Positions 49,116-60,292 of a stretch of DNA of 64,000 nt are shown in pieces (position 1 is the stretch's first letter; the number at the start of each line of letters is the position of its first letter). Below the pieces are notes generated by a model, which was not told the DNA's origin, made no database searches, and worked only from the letters and a program-made list of their open reading frames with translations. Position numbers and translations under genes: made by a program. This DNA comes from an uncultured delta proteobacterium (lineage in GTDB: Bacteria; Desulfobacterota; Desulfuromonadia; Geobacterales; Pseudopelobacteraceae). The stretch lies in contig CAVYYZ010000013.1 in the NCBI GenBank assembly GCA_963772835.1, positions 21,475-85,474 on the forward strand, read 5' to 3'.

Positions 49116-49399
49116 GTGACGTCCGCCTCATGGGGTTGCCTTGTGCAATTAAAATTTTGTGTGAATATATGCTCCCATCAATTTTTCGGCAATAATAATG
49201 ATTCTTCACCACGTTTGCAGAGATCGGCAGCTATGAATTGCCCGCCTTGATACCAGATTGATGTTAACGGTATTCGCCAGAGTGCTACTGTGACATTACT
49301 GACAATATATGGTATATTTCCCGTCATGAGTTGATGAAAAATATTCTGGAGTTGATTTGCAACAATATGACGTTGCAGAAGTTAAGGAGGGAAGTTCTC

Positions 49400-49930
49400 G
49401 TGGCAGTGCCGCCGAACCATTTCCGTAACAGATACCTTCTGACTTTACCGGTCCTGCTGCAGATGGTCCTGATGTTCGTGTTCATGCGCAGTCAAACCGC
49501 TCTGGCGGTCCCCTGTTCACCAACTCCCTGGGATGAAATAGGTCCGTTTTACCGCCCGAATGCTCCGGAGCGGAGCAGCATCGGCACGGGATATCTGTTG
49601 AGCGGAACCGTTCGTTCAGCTGACGGATGCCGGCCGCTGCATAATGCCCGGATTGAAATCTGGCAGGCGGGACCTGACGGCAGGTATAATGATGCATACC
49701 GGACGACGCTTCATTCCGACCGTGCCGGCCGGTATCGCCTTGAAACCGGCACCCCGCCCCCGTATGGCAACCGACCGCCCCACATCCATATTCTGGTCGA
49801 TGCTGCGGGATTTGAGGGATTGATTACCCAGCACTATCCGAAAAAAGGGAAGCGCGGCGCAACTTTTGACCTCGTGCTCGTGCCTGAAACGAAAGGGAAG
49901 GAAAAAGCGCGAAACCCCGCCGGACGATGA
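49400..49930 (+). CDS. Intradiol ring-cleavage dioxygenase-like protein with N-terminal signal/TM segment
   Basis: GPFY, L.GTV, IEIWQA..DGRY, G.YRLET..P.PY..RPPHIH, LITQ; GTG 49400 after AAGGAGG. Confidence 0.85.
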   Translation: MAVPPNHFRNRYLLTLPVLLQMVLMFVFMRSQTALAVPCSPTPWDEIGPFYRPNAPERSSIGTGYLLSGTVRSADGCRPLHNARIEIWQAGPDGRYNDAYRTTLHSDRAGRYRLETGTPPPYGNRPPHIHILVDAAGFEGLITQHYPKKGKRGATFDLVLVPETKGKEKARNPAGR

Positions 49931-50062
49931 GCGCAGTATGGGCGTGATTCTTTCCTGCGGTTCGACCGGAGATGACGGCAGATGATCTGCGCACGGCAGC
50001 GGTCGCCCGGACACTCACCGTACAGGAATGAAGAGTTCAGATAATCTGAAAAGGAGGATGCT

Positions 50063-50800
50063 ATGCCGGAAAATCTGTTGATTCCATCAGTAGATCTGAG
50101 GATCGGCTCCCTTGAGGAGTACAATCGCAGGCAGAAGGAAAAAGCTGCACAGCAGCATAGAAAGCCGAAGCCCCGACCCTGCATAACCATCTCACGTGAA
50201 TTCGGCTGTGAAGGGTACCTCGTTGCTGAACTGCTGCGTGAGTTGATGATGCAGAAGAGCGGTGATGAATGGGTTATGATTGACAAGGCTGTTCTTGAGG
50301 AGGTCGCACGGCGGCATAATGTCTCCGAGGAGATTTTACAGACGCTGGGTGAGAACAACCGGATACTGAATGATGTTCTGGCAACATTCTCACCGCGCTG
50401 GAAAAGTGACCAGGATTATTTCCGACTCCTTTCCCGGCACATTCTCGCGCTGGCGGAACAGGGTAATGTCATCATAGTCGAGCTCGGCGGCGCCATCATC
50501 ACCCGGCATATCGAACATTCCTTCCACTTCAGGATGTATGGCTCAGAAACGTTCAAAACATCCACGCTTGTCCGCCGGCTGCATATCGAAACTGAGGCCG
50601 CCGAGAAACTCATGCATCGTCAGCAGAAGGCGCGCGATCATTTCAACACGGTTTTTCTCGATCAAAACGGCCATGACCCGGCGCTTTATGATCTGCTCAT
50701 CAATAATGACCGCAGCACCCCTGAAATCGTAGCAGGGACGATCGCCGGGTATGTGGAAGCCCGCATCCACGCTGAGCAGCACCCACTGGCACACATATGA
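50063..50800 (+). CDS. Cytidylate kinase-like family protein
   Basis: [18 protein letters not shown]......YDLLIN; AGGAGG RBS. Confidence 0.82.
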   Translation: MPENLLIPSVDLRIGSLEEYNRRQKEKAAQQHRKPKPRPCITISREFGCEGYLVAELLRELMMQKSGDEWVMIDKAVLEEVARRHNVSEEILQTLGENNRILNDVLATFSPRWKSDQDYFRLLSRHILALAEQGNVIIVELGGAIITRHIEHSFHFRMYGSETFKTSTLVRRLHIETEAAEKLMHRQQKARDHFNTVFLDQNGHDPALYDLLINNDRSTPEIVAGTIAGYVEARIHAEQHPLAHI

Positions 50801-52290
50801 AAACCTGGAAATGTGAAGTATGCGGCTACATACACAATGGTGACGAAGCGCCATTCTCCTGTCCCATCTGCGGTGCAGAAAAAGACTGCTTCAGCATTCT
50901 CGAAATCAGTGCAGACCGTAAAGTGCCGGTGCATTCGCGTGCCTGGCAGTGCGGAGTCTGTACCTACCTGCACCGTGCGGCAGAGCCCCCTGTGCTCTGT
51001 CCCGTCTGCAGCGCAACCGGCACCCTCTTCTCACCCCTTCATGACGCCGAAGCACCGGTACCTGCGGACAATGATATCCGCCGTATAATTGTTCTCGGCG
51101 GCGGCATTGCCGGATTGACCGCTGTCTCCGAAGCCCGGCGGCAATCTCTCCGGGCGGAAATCACGTTGGTGTCTCGTGAACAGGTGCTTCCCTACTACCG
51201 CCTGAACCTGACCCGCCTGCTGGCAGGGGACATCGCTGAAGAAGAGTTGCAGATACAGTCACAACAATGGTTTGAAGAGCAGTGCATAGAATTTATTTCA
51301 GCTGATGCGACAAACATCGACCGGGAACGGAGACTTGTTTGTCTGCGCGACGGCCGCACGCTAGCCTATGATCGCCTCATCCTGGCCAACGGGGCACATC
51401 CGTTTATTCCCCCTTTCCCGGGAGCTACGCGTGACGGAGTCTGTGTGTTGCGGACGATCGTAGATGCCCGTACCATCATGCTCCGTCTTAACCCGGGGAT
51501 ACGGGTCGTCTGCATCGGTGGTGGTCTGCTGGGGCTTGAAACGGCTGGCGCATTGGTGCGTCAGGGAGCCTCTGTGTCAGTCATAGAGGGGTTCTCCTCG
51601 CTGTTGCCGCGACAGTTGCCGCCAAGGGCTGGAAATATGCTGCAGAACCGCCTTGAAGCACAGGGGATGACTGTGCAGTGCGGTGAAACTGTTAAAGAAC
51701 TGGTCGGGGATGAAAGTGTGCGTGGAGTACTGCTGGAAAGCGGCCGGCTTCTGCCGGCTGATCTGGTGGTCGTGACCGCCGGAGTCCGTCCGAACAGTTA
51801 TCTTGCCCGGCAGGCCGGGCTTACCGTACACCGCGGCATCGTTGTTGATGACCGGATGATCAGCTCGGATCCTGCGATTCTGGCAGCCGGAGATGTGTCT
51901 GAGCATCGCGGCACTCTGTACGGTATCTGGCCGGCCGGGTATGCACAGGGGGTTGTGGCTGGCTGTATCGCTGCCGGAGGGAAGGCAGCGTTCACCGGTC
52001 TCGCCCCGTCGACCAGAATCAAGGTGCTTGATGTCGACCTGTTCAGTTGCGGTCAGATCCATCCGGAAGATGCCAGCACGAGTGTGCATCAACATGAAGG
52101 GGACGGCATTTTCCAGTCCATATTCTGCCGCGACGGCCAGCTTGTCGGTGCTGTTCTGTATGGGAACACAACCGATGCCGGTTGGTTGAAAGATGTTATC
52201 GAAAGCGGCAAACAGATGTCTGAATTGCCGGAATTTGCAGAAAGGTTTCCGAACCTGATGTCGTCCTTTCATGCGGGAGGAAACCTATGA
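50797..52290 (+). CDS. NAD(P)H/FAD oxidoreductase with two N-terminal rubredoxin-like domains
   Basis: CEVCGY..CPICG and [33 protein letters not shown]. Confidence 0.9.
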   Translation: MKTWKCEVCGYIHNGDEAPFSCPICGAEKDCFSILEISADRKVPVHSRAWQCGVCTYLHRAAEPPVLCPVCSATGTLFSPLHDAEAPVPADNDIRRIIVLGGGIAGLTAVSEARRQSLRAEITLVSREQVLPYYRLNLTRLLAGDIAEEELQIQSQQWFEEQCIEFISADATNIDRERRLVCLRDGRTLAYDRLILANGAHPFIPPFPGATRDGVCVLRTIVDARTIMLRLNPGIRVVCIGGGLLGLETAGALVRQGASVSVIEGFSSLLPRQLPPRAGNMLQNRLEAQGMTVQCGETVKELVGDESVRGVLLESGRLLPADLVVVTAGVRPNSYLARQAGLTVHRGIVVDDRMISSDPAILAAGDVSEHRGTLYGIWPAGYAQGVVAGCIAAGGKAAFTGLAPSTRIKVLDVDLFSCGQIHPEDASTSVHQHEGDGIFQSIFCRDGQLVGAVLYGNTTDAGWLKDVIESGKQMSELPEFAERFPNLMSSFHAGGNL

Positions 52291-53234
52291 CAGTACCAAT
52301 CAAAATCGGCGTCAGCGCCTGCCTGCTGGGAGAACAAGTCCGTTATGACGGCGGCCATAAGCACGATCGCTATATCACCGATACCCTGGGGGCGTATTTC
52401 TCCTTTGTTCCGGTCTGCCCTGAGGTCGGGTGTGGATTGCCGACTCCCCGTGAAGCGATGCGGCTTGAGGGCGATCCGTCCGCGCCGCGCCTGATGACTC
52501 GCCAGACACGCGTCGACAGGACCGGACAGATGCTGGCCTACTGTGCAGCAAAGATCGTGGAGTTAGAGAAAGAGGACCTTTGCGGTTTTATTTTCAAGAA
52601 GGATTCTCCCAGTTCAGGGCTGTTCCGGGTCAAAGTGTACAACAATGGTCAGGCGATGAAAAACGGCAGCGGTCTTTTTGCCGCCGCGATGGCCCACCGT
52701 TTTCCGGTAATGCCTATGGAAGAGGAAGGTCGTCTGAATGATCCTGATCTGCGTGAAAACTTCATTGAACGGGTGTTCAGTTATCGCCGCTGGAAGGATT
52801 TTCTGACGGAGAAACCTTCGATCGGTCGACTGGTAGAATTTCATACCGGCAACAAGCTGTTAATGATGGCTCACTCTCCTCAAATCTACCGTGAGATGGG
52901 AACCTTGGTAGCGCATGGCAGAGAGATGCAGATGGCTGACCTGCTGCAGCGTTACGAGGAACTTTACATGAAAGGCCTGGCTCTTCATGCCACCGTGAAA
53001 AAAAACACCAATGTACTGCAGCATATCATGGGATATTTTAAGCGACAGTTGTCTCCTGATGAAAAGGCCGAACTGCTGGAGATTTTCAGCCAGTACCACA
53101 ATCGTCTGCTGCCTCTGATTGTGCCGATGACCCTGCTCCGTCACTTTATAAACAAATACGACCAGCAGTACCTGAAGGGGCAGGTGTATCTTGCGCCGCA
53201 CCCGTCACAGCTGATGCTGCGCAACCATGTCTAG
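52287..53234 (+). CDS. DUF523-DUF1722 (YbgA; TudS/RudS-type thiouracil/thiouridine desulfidase family) protein
   Basis: [40 protein letters not shown]...K..MAH, N.LQH..GYFK, YL..Q.Y. Confidence 0.9.
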   Translation: MTVPIKIGVSACLLGEQVRYDGGHKHDRYITDTLGAYFSFVPVCPEVGCGLPTPREAMRLEGDPSAPRLMTRQTRVDRTGQMLAYCAAKIVELEKEDLCGFIFKKDSPSSGLFRVKVYNNGQAMKNGSGLFAAAMAHRFPVMPMEEEGRLNDPDLRENFIERVFSYRRWKDFLTEKPSIGRLVEFHTGNKLLMMAHSPQIYREMGTLVAHGREMQMADLLQRYEELYMKGLALHATVKKNTNVLQHIMGYFKRQLSPDEKAELLEIFSQYHNRLLPLIVPMTLLRHFINKYDQQYLKGQVYLAPHPSQLMLRNHV

Positions 53235-53280
53235 GCACGTGCCCGCCCGTATTTTGTGTCAACAAATCTCCTGAAATATC

Positions 53281-53310
53281 CTTGACAAAAACAGGGTCGA
53301 TTATTACCTT
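53281..53310 (+). promoter_or_regulatory. Promoter of the hrcA operon (CTTGAC-N16-ATTACCTT)
   Basis: TTGACA at 53282-53287 and TACCTT 17 nt later, immediately before CIRCE. Confidence 0.75.
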
Positions 53311-53317
53311 TGATACG

Positions 53318-53344
53318 TTAGCACTCGCCTGTAATGAGTGCTGT
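53318..53344 (+). promoter_or_regulatory. CIRCE element (HrcA operator)
   Basis: TTAGCACTC-gcctgtaat-GAGTGCTGT versus consensus TTAGCACTC-N9-GAGTGCTAA. Confidence 0.92.
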
Positions 53345-53361
53345 TTTTTTGGGGTTATAAC

Positions 53362-54393
53362 ATGAGCATTGAACTTTCTCCCCGCAGCAGGCAGATACTG
53401 GAAGCAATTGTTGAAGATTATATTGCAACCGCCGAACCGGTCGGAAGCAGTGCTGTCGCTCGTCGTCATGCAATGACGCTTTCATCGGCGACCGTACGCA
53501 ATGTCATGGCACATCTCGAAGAAATGGGGCTTCTGACATCGCCTCATACCTCGGCCGGCCGGATTCCGACGGAAAAAGCCTACCGTATTTATGTTGACTC
53601 GCTGGTTGCACTGCGTCAGGTCAGTCGTGATGAAAAGCGCCAGATAATAAGTCATTGCCGCCAGGCCGGTACCGGCCTGTCCGGTATACTGAAAGAGACC
53701 AGTCGGACACTGTCACAGCTCTCAAACTATATGGGCATTGTGGTTGCTCCCAGCTTTACTTCAGATGTGTTTCGACATATCGAATTTATCCGTATAGGGC
53801 AGCGCAAAATTCTCGCCATTCTGGTTTCCAGCAAAGGGGCTCTGCAAAACCGTCTGATTGAGACGGAGGACGATTACGCCACCGAAGAGCTTGTCAGGAT
53901 GGGCAACTATCTGAATGACAAGATGCAGGGGTTGACGATCACCCAGGTCCGAAAACAGATTCTGGAGGATATGGCATCAGAAAAGGCGCAGTATGACCAG
54001 TTGCTTTCGCGTGTTCTGAAGATCAGTGAGCAGGCGGTGAGGGAAGAAGGGGACGAAATTTTTGTTGAGGGGCAGGCCCGTATCCTTGACCAACCTGAAT
54101 TCAGTGACGCAGGGAGAATGAAGGAGATCTATCAGGCCTTCGAACAGAAGGGCCTGCTCGTTCAACTCCTGTCGCGCTGCATGACTGCGGAAGGTGTGCA
54201 GATATATATCGGGTCGGAAACGTCGCTCAGCCAGTCAGCCGGCATCAGTCTGATTACCTCCCGTTTTGTCACAAGCAGCAACACGGTCGGTATGCTTGGT
54301 GTTATCGGCCCGACCCGTATGGGATATTCAAGCGTGATACCGATTGTCGACTACACCGCCCGGATGATCAGCAAGCTGTTAAGCGAAGTCTGA
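53362..54393 (+). CDS. hrcA: Heat-inducible transcription repressor
   Basis: [40 protein letters not shown]. Confidence 0.96.
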   Translation: MSIELSPRSRQILEAIVEDYIATAEPVGSSAVARRHAMTLSSATVRNVMAHLEEMGLLTSPHTSAGRIPTEKAYRIYVDSLVALRQVSRDEKRQIISHCRQAGTGLSGILKETSRTLSQLSNYMGIVVAPSFTSDVFRHIEFIRIGQRKILAILVSSKGALQNRLIETEDDYATEELVRMGNYLNDKMQGLTITQVRKQILEDMASEKAQYDQLLSRVLKISEQAVREEGDEIFVEGQARILDQPEFSDAGRMKEIYQAFEQKGLLVQLLSRCMTAEGVQIYIGSETSLSQSAGISLITSRFVTSSNTVGMLGVIGPTRMGYSSVIPIVDYTARMISKLLSEV

Positions 54394-54430
54394 TCCAGAC
54401 GAAATACACACCGCAAAAGGATGCCACCAT

Positions 54431-55021
54431 ATGAAACAGGCAAAAGGACACCACAGCATGGAACCAAAAGATACTGTTGAGACTTCAGATTATGAAACCG
54501 CTGAAACGGTTACCGCAGAGGAAATCACTCCAGCGCCTGATTCTCCTGAGGGCGGAGTGTCGCTTGAAGAGCAATTGGCGGCCAAAGAGAAGGAGGCCCG
54601 TGAGAACTGGGATCGTTTTCTCCGTGAGCGGGCTGATCTTGAAAACTATCGCAAGCGGGTTGGTCGCGAAAAGGAGGAATTGCTGAACTACGGCAATAAA
54701 TCGCTGCTTGAAGAGATACTGCCGGTTATCGATAATCTGGAACGAGCTCTTCAGCATGCATCGGATGATGGCCTCGGTGCTGTTGTCGAGGGAATTCGCA
54801 TGACGCACACGATGCTGCTGGCGGCTCTCAAAAAATTTAACGTAACTCCGATTGAAGCCGTTGGAACAGTCTTTAATTCGGCATTTCATCAGGCAATGGT
54901 GCAGGTCCCGACAGATCAGTACGAACCTAATACGGTTGTGGAAGAGTACCAGAAGGGATACATGCTGAAGGAGCGCTTGCTGCGACCATCCATGGTAACG
55001 GTAGCGATGCCGGAAAAATAA
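54431..55021 (+). CDS. grpE: Nucleotide exchange factor GrpE
   Basis: [35 protein letters not shown]. Confidence 0.95.
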   Translation: MKQAKGHHSMEPKDTVETSDYETAETVTAEEITPAPDSPEGGVSLEEQLAAKEKEARENWDRFLRERADLENYRKRVGREKEELLNYGNKSLLEEILPVIDNLERALQHASDDGLGAVVEGIRMTHTMLLAALKKFNVTPIEAVGTVFNSAFHQAMVQVPTDQYEPNTVVEEYQKGYMLKERLLRPSMVTVAMPEK

Positions 55022-55033
55022 ATTTATTGAGAC

Positions 55034-55063
55034 CTTGTTTTTTATACACACGATGAATACCTT
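55034..55063 (+). promoter_or_regulatory. Putative internal heat-shock promoter of dnaK (CTTGTT-N16-AATACCTT)
   Basis: Same spacing and near-identical boxes as at hrcA and hsp20. Confidence 0.55.
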
Positions 55064-55098
55064 AAAATCAGAGCATCTAAAAAGGAGGACTACACGTC

Positions 55099-57015
55099 AT
55101 GAGTAAAGTAATCGGAATCGATCTCGGAACAACCAACTCTTGTGTTTCAGTTATGGAGGGTGGTGAACCGATTGTTATAGCCAACTCCGAGGGGGGACGC
55201 ACAACACCTTCGATGGTCGCCATATCGGATAGCGGCGAACGTCTTGTCGGCCAGCAGGCAAAGCGGCAGGCGGTCACTAATCCGGAGAACACTCTCTATT
55301 CAATCAAGCGATTGATCGGTCGTAAGTTTGATACGGAAGCGGTGAAGAAAGACATTGCCATATCGCCGTTCAAAATTGTTAAGGCCGATAACGGAGATGC
55401 GTGGGTGGAAGTACGCGACAAGCGCTATTCCGCCCCTGAAATTTCTGCCATGATTCTGCAGAAAATGAAAAAAACAGCTGAGGACTATCTGGGTACTACC
55501 GTCACAGACGCTGTTATCACTGTGCCGGCCTATTTTGATGATTCCCAGCGCCAGGCGACTAAGGACGCCGGGAAAATTGCCGGTCTGAATGTATTGCGTA
55601 TCATTAACGAACCGACCGCAGCAGCTCTGGCGTATGGCCTGGACAAGAAAAAAGATGAAAAAATAGCCGTATTCGATCTGGGTGGCGGGACGTTCGATGT
55701 CTCCATTCTTGAACTGGGAGATGGTGTGTTCGAAGTTAAGTCTACCAACGGTGATACATTCCTTGGTGGTGAAGATTTCGACCAGTTGATAATCGACTGG
55801 ATCGCCGATGAGTTCAAGAAAGATCAGGGAATTGATCTGCGCGGTGACAAGATGGCTCTCCAACGTCTTAAAGAGGCCGCTGAAAAGGCAAAGTGTGAAC
55901 TTTCCACCTCTGTTGAAACCGATATCAATCTCCCGTTCATCACCGCCGATGCGTCCGGACCAAAGCATCTGACTCTGAAACTTTCACGTGCCAAACTGGA
56001 GTCGATCTGTGCCGAACTTCTGTCAAAGCTTGGAGGACCGTGTCGTACCGCTCTGAAGGACGCCGGATTGTCTGCCAGCCAGATAGATGAAGTTATTCTT
56101 GTGGGTGGTATGACCCGTATGCCTGCTGTTCAGAAGTGTGTTGAAGATATTTTCGGCAAAGTTCCTAATAAAGGTGTTAACCCGGATGAAGTCGTTGCCA
56201 TAGGCGCCGCAATCCAGGGAGGTGTTTTAAGAGGTGACGTCAAGGATGTACTGCTGCTGGATGTTACGCCGCTATCTCTCGGCATCGAGACTCTGGGCAG
56301 CGTCATGACCAAACTGATTGAGAAAAATACCACAATCCCCTGCCGTAAGAGCCAGGTCTTCTCAACGGCGGCCGACAACCAGCCGGCGGTTTCAATTCAC
56401 GTTCTGCAGGGTGAGCGTGAAATGGCACGTGACAACAAAACGCTCGGGAACTTTGAACTTTCCGGAATTCCTTCGGCACCGCGCGGTCTGCCGCAGATCG
56501 AGGTCACTTTTGATATCGATGCCAACGGTATTGTACATGTCTCTGCCAAAGACCTTGGTACCGGCAAGGAACAGTCGATCAGTATTACGGCATCTTCCGG
56601 GCTTTCCAAGGAAGAGATTGACAAGATGGTTCGTGATGCCGAGACTCATGCAGATGAGGACAAGAAGAAGCGTGAAACGATCGAGGCACGGAACCATGCA
56701 GACAGTATGGTCTACAGCACCGAGAAGTCGCTTAAGGATTTCGGCGAAAAAATTGATGCAGTCGAAAAGGGGAACATCGAAAATAAACTGGCCGAACTTA
56801 AGAAACTGATGGAAGGCGAAGACGCAGAAGCCATTAAAAAGGCCACCGAGGAGCTGACTGAGGCTTCCCATAAGCTTGCAGAGGCCGCGTATGCTAAAAA
56901 AGAAGGCGGAGAGGGTGATGCCTCCGCAGGGGCAGAACAGGCCGGTGGCGCCAAGCCGAAAGACGATAAAGTTGTCGATGCGGATTTTGAAGAGGTCAAG
57001 GACGAAAAGAAATAG
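55099..57015 (+). CDS. dnaK: Chaperone DnaK
   Basis: [53 protein letters not shown]. Confidence 0.98.
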   Translation: MSKVIGIDLGTTNSCVSVMEGGEPIVIANSEGGRTTPSMVAISDSGERLVGQQAKRQAVTNPENTLYSIKRLIGRKFDTEAVKKDIAISPFKIVKADNGDAWVEVRDKRYSAPEISAMILQKMKKTAEDYLGTTVTDAVITVPAYFDDSQRQATKDAGKIAGLNVLRIINEPTAAALAYGLDKKKDEKIAVFDLGGGTFDVSILELGDGVFEVKSTNGDTFLGGEDFDQLIIDWIADEFKKDQGIDLRGDKMALQRLKEAAEKAKCELSTSVETDINLPFITADASGPKHLTLKLSRAKLESICAELLSKLGGPCRTALKDAGLSASQIDEVILVGGMTRMPAVQKCVEDIFGKVPNKGVNPDEVVAIGAAIQGGVLRGDVKDVLLLDVTPLSLGIETLGSVMTKLIEKNTTIPCRKSQVFSTAADNQPAVSIHVLQGEREMARDNKTLGNFELSGIPSAPRGLPQIEVTFDIDANGIVHVSAKDLGTGKEQSISITASSGLSKEEIDKMVRDAETHADEDKKKRETIEARNHADSMVYSTEKSLKDFGEKIDAVEKGNIENKLAELKKLMEGEDAEAIKKATEELTEASHKLAEAAYAKKEGGEGDASAGAEQAGGAKPKDDKVVDADFEEVKDEKK

Positions 57016-57040
57016 TCAGGTGGTTGTTTCTGATGGGACA

Positions 57041-57069
57041 GTAGGGGCGGGTTTAATACCCGCCCCTAC
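57041..57069. repeat. GTAG-type REP-like perfect hairpin between dnaK and dnaJ
   Basis: GTAGGGGCGGGT-ttaat-ACCCGCCCCTAC. Confidence 0.7.
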
Positions 57070-57098
57070 ATGTATTTCAAGATATAAAGGAATATATT

Positions 57099-58220
57099 GT
57101 GGCAAATGGCGATAAACGAGATTATTACGAGGTGCTTGGGGTTCATCGCAACGCCTCTGAAACTGAAATAAAAAAAGCTTTCCGCAAGGAAGCGATCCTG
57201 CACCATCCTGACAAGAACCCTGGCGACAAAGCGGCCGAAGATCGATTCAAAGAGGCTACTGAAGCATATGAGATCCTTTCTGATCCTCAGAAACGAGCCC
57301 AGTATGACCAGTATGGCCACGCCGGAGTATCGGGTGCGGGCGGTTTTTCGAGCGGGGGTTTTGGTGCAGGCACACCGTTTGGGGATATTTTCGGCGACAT
57401 CTTCGGTGACATCTTCGGCGGCGGAACAGGTAGAGGCCGCAGTCAGGGGAGGCGGGGCGACGATTTGCTGTATAACATGGAAATCAGCTTCGAAGAGGCG
57501 GCTTTCGGTGTTGAGAACAAAATCGAAATTCCCTACGCAAAGAAATGCGCGACGTGCAACGGTTCCGGGGCGAAACCAGGCACGGAACCCAAAGCCTGCC
57601 CAACCTGTCGTGGAACAGGCCAGGTACGTTTTCAACAGGGTTTTTTCAGCGTCAGCAAAACATGCGGTCAGTGTAACGGTGAAGGGAAAGTCGTTGAAAG
57701 CCCCTGCCCCGACTGTCGCGGCAAGGGGAGCACAAAAGATACCAAAACCCTTTCGGTCAAGATCCCTGGCGGAGTAGAAACCGGTTCGCGTCTCAAGGTA
57801 ACCGGTGAAGGCGGGCAGGGGAAGGGCGGACCTAACGGCGACCTATATGTCGCGATCAATGTCAGAGAACATGCGATCTTCCAGCGGGAGGAAAATAATG
57901 TCATCTGTGAAGTACCGATCAGTTTTGTCCAGGCTTCGCTCGGGTGTGAGCTTGATGTGCCGACTCTTGACGGCAAGGTTGCCATGAAAATTCCTGAAGG
58001 AACCCAGTCAGGTAAAATATATCGCCTGAAAGGGAAGGGGATCCCTTCGCTGCAGGGGTATGGCCGTGGCGACCAGTTGGTCGTTATCCGAATTGAGACT
58101 CCTTCCAATCTCAATAAAAAACAGAAGGAACTTTTGGAGGAATTCGCCAGAATAAGCGGTGAGGACGTGCACCCACTGAAAAAGGGATTTCTCAATAAAG
58201 TAATGGATTTTATAAGTTGA
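57099..58220 (+). CDS. dnaJ: Chaperone DnaJ
   Basis: DYYEVLG, HPD, G/F region with DIF repeats, four CxxCxGxG. Confidence 0.97.
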   Translation: MANGDKRDYYEVLGVHRNASETEIKKAFRKEAILHHPDKNPGDKAAEDRFKEATEAYEILSDPQKRAQYDQYGHAGVSGAGGFSSGGFGAGTPFGDIFGDIFGDIFGGGTGRGRSQGRRGDDLLYNMEISFEEAAFGVENKIEIPYAKKCATCNGSGAKPGTEPKACPTCRGTGQVRFQQGFFSVSKTCGQCNGEGKVVESPCPDCRGKGSTKDTKTLSVKIPGGVETGSRLKVTGEGGQGKGGPNGDLYVAINVREHAIFQREENNVICEVPISFVQASLGCELDVPTLDGKVAMKIPEGTQSGKIYRLKGKGIPSLQGYGRGDQLVVIRIETPSNLNKKQKELLEEFARISGEDVHPLKKGFLNKVMDFIS

Positions 58221-58227
58221 CTGTCTG

Positions 58228-58259
58228 TGAGCCCGCCACTTAGGCGGGCTCATTTATTT
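58228..58259 (+). terminator. Intrinsic terminator after dnaJ
   Basis: TGAGCCCGCC-actta-GGCGGGCTCA-TTTATTT. Confidence 0.8.
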
Positions 58260-58389
58260 CTTGCCTAAGATGGTAATCTATTTTAGTATTCAGGACTAAA
58301 TCAGGTTGCTTTTGATATGTGACAAATATTTTTTGGATGTTTTGACTTCGTGGTGTTATTATTCCGTCGATCAAGGCCAGGGGCAGTAT

Positions 58390-58728
58390 ATGGATAAGCA
58401 GAAACTGATCGAAAAAACAACTGAAACACTTCGTCCCTTTGAAACATCCAATCTTATTGAAACCTTGCAGCACCTGAGTGTTAAACAGATATTTTCCCAC
58501 CCGGCTGTACTCATTTTTATTATCGGTATCTTTTTTTTCGGGGTTTACAAACGTTCGAAAGTCGTCCTCCTCAGCCTTTTTTCACTGCTCTGCATCTCTG
58601 TTATCATACGCTATGCGATGCCGGCACCCGGCGATGACCTTTCTATGACATCTATGTTGCCATTTATTGGCGGTGGTCTGCTGATCGGTGTGGTGGTAAT
58701 CTATTTTTCACTCTTGAAATCAGATTGA
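58390..58728 (+). CDS. Hypothetical membrane protein (about 3 TM)
   Basis: ATG 58390; three hydrophobic stretches. Confidence 0.7.
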   Translation: MDKQKLIEKTTETLRPFETSNLIETLQHLSVKQIFSHPAVLIFIIGIFFFGVYKRSKVVLLSLFSLLCISVIIRYAMPAPGDDLSMTSMLPFIGGGLLIGVVVIYFSLLKSD

Positions 58729-58809
58729 TATACGTACCGTTATGAACTTGATACGTACGTAAAAGAAATATTCAGATACGCCGTATTGTACAAAAAAGGA
58801 ACTGTTTAC

Positions 58810-59121
58810 ATGAAAATTGATAAACGTGATTGGATCTTTATAGCAATTGTAGTTGCCGTACTGGGAATTTTTATCGGGATTTCCGGAAAAGAGAAGACGA
58901 CTCTGGTGCCAAATAATCAGATGCATAAAATATCATACGATGCGGCTTTTAAGAATGCCCCCGGCCCAGACGCTTCGATCTTCAAGCGCGCTTTCTTCAA
59001 ACCGGACAAAAAAAGCGCCGAGGTGTATTGCGAACCGTGTCACAAGGAAAAGAACGTTCCGTTTCCTCCGGACCATCCGGCGAAAAACCGCTGCCTGTTC
59101 TGCCACAAGTTCAAACGTTAG
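58810..59121 (+). CDS. Small membrane-anchored diheme c-type cytochrome
   Basis: N-terminal TM; CEPCH and CLFCH motifs; further His residues (MHK, DHP); AAAGGA RBS. Confidence 0.87.
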   Translation: MKIDKRDWIFIAIVVAVLGIFIGISGKEKTTLVPNNQMHKISYDAAFKNAPGPDASIFKRAFFKPDKKSAEVYCEPCHKEKNVPFPPDHPAKNRCLFCHKFKR

Positions 59122-59134
59122 CCAACTCTTCTTT

Positions 59135-59234
59135 GCTACGGAGCCGCGGAGAGAATCGAAACGACAGCAGGTAGAATCTGCCTCAACTTTCAGCAATCCT
59201 ATGGCCCGTTTTGCCCCTCTGCGTCTCCATGGTA
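59135..59234. repeat. Degenerate palindromic element (CGGAG/CGCAGAG-type arms)
   Basis: GCTACGGAGCCGCGGAGAG ... CTCTGCGTCTCCATGGTA, imperfectly complementary, between convergent genes. Confidence 0.5.
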
Positions 59235-59242
59235 CATGTCAT

Positions 59243-60124
59243 TCATAGATCGTCAACCACAAGGGAATTCTCACCGGGAACGACGCTATCGGCAACTCGA
59301 ACAGGTTCTTCAAGGCTGATCCGGCCGATTTTACCTGCCCGCAACTCGCGCAAAAAGGCCTCAGCTGCGCGGTGCACATCTATTTCCCCACCTGCCATCA
59401 GACACCCCAGACGTCGGCCAATCACCTGAAGCATGTCGGTTGGTGATTCAGGCAATTCAGGCAATTTATACCGTATCTTCAGCAGTTCCGGATATCTCCC
59501 CATCATATACTCGGCCGCAAAAAGACCGACGCAGGTGTAGTCGAGGGCGCTTGCGCTGATAGCTCCACTGGTTGCCAGGCGATACGCTACGCCCTGGTCA
59601 TCCATATTCGGCCAGAGGATGCCGGGAGTGTCTGAGAGAACAATGCCGTTTCTGAGGTCGATCTGTTGGCCACAGGTAGTGATTGCCGGCTTGTCTCCGA
59701 CTTTGGCCATGCATTTTCCCGCCAGGGTATTGATCAGGGTTGATTTTCCGGTGTTGGGAATCCCGAAAACCATGACCCGCAGCGGCCACCCCGGTCGCCC
59801 GCGATGCGGCACCGTTTTTTGACAGAGTTTGATCAATTGTTTTGCGTCAGCGTGCAGTCGGGCAGAAAGCGGCAGGGCGCAGACTCCGTCTTCCCGTTCA
59901 AAATGGTGTACCCAGGCTTTGGTGACGGCAGGATCGGCCAGGTCGTTTTTGTTCAAAACCTTGATACATGGCTTGTTACGCCGCATCTCCTCAAGTTGGT
60001 GATTGGAGCTGGATAAGGGAAGCCGGGCATCAATCACTTCGACAATTACATCGATCTTGCGGATTGCTTCTGCCATCTTTTCCTGTGCCTTGCCCATATG
60101 TCCCGGATACCATCGAATCGTCAT
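59243..60124 (-). CDS. ylqF: Ribosome biogenesis GTPase RbgA/YlqF
   Basis: WYPGHM, DARLP.SS, NK.DL, GIPNTGKSTLIN, DTPGILWP. Confidence 0.94.
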   Translation of the reverse strand: MTIRWYPGHMGKAQEKMAEAIRKIDVIVEVIDARLPLSSSNHQLEEMRRNKPCIKVLNKNDLADPAVTKAWVHHFEREDGVCALPLSARLHADAKQLIKLCQKTVPHRGRPGWPLRVMVFGIPNTGKSTLINTLAGKCMAKVGDKPAITTCGQQIDLRNGIVLSDTPGILWPNMDDQGVAYRLATSGAISASALDYTCVGLFAAEYMMGRYPELLKIRYKLPELPESPTDMLQVIGRRLGCLMAGGEIDVHRAAEAFLRELRAGKIGRISLEEPVRVADSVVPGENSLVVDDL

Positions 60125-60292
60125 ATATATCGTTCCCCAGTAATCTTAAAAGTCTTACGTCGTTGTGCCGTACTCACGTGCGATCCTTTCTCACATAACG
60201 ATACAACGGCAATAATCATGAGCCAGGAATCTATTAAAGCCCCTCGCCGCACGGCATCATCGCCGCAGGAAACTGTTTTCTGCCGGGATTGA

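Noticed and set aside
49297..49308. 12-mer TACTGACAATAT shared with the minus strand near 22858-22869
   Set aside because: A single AT-rich 12-mer match between intergenic regions is plausible by chance, and the genes share no evident function
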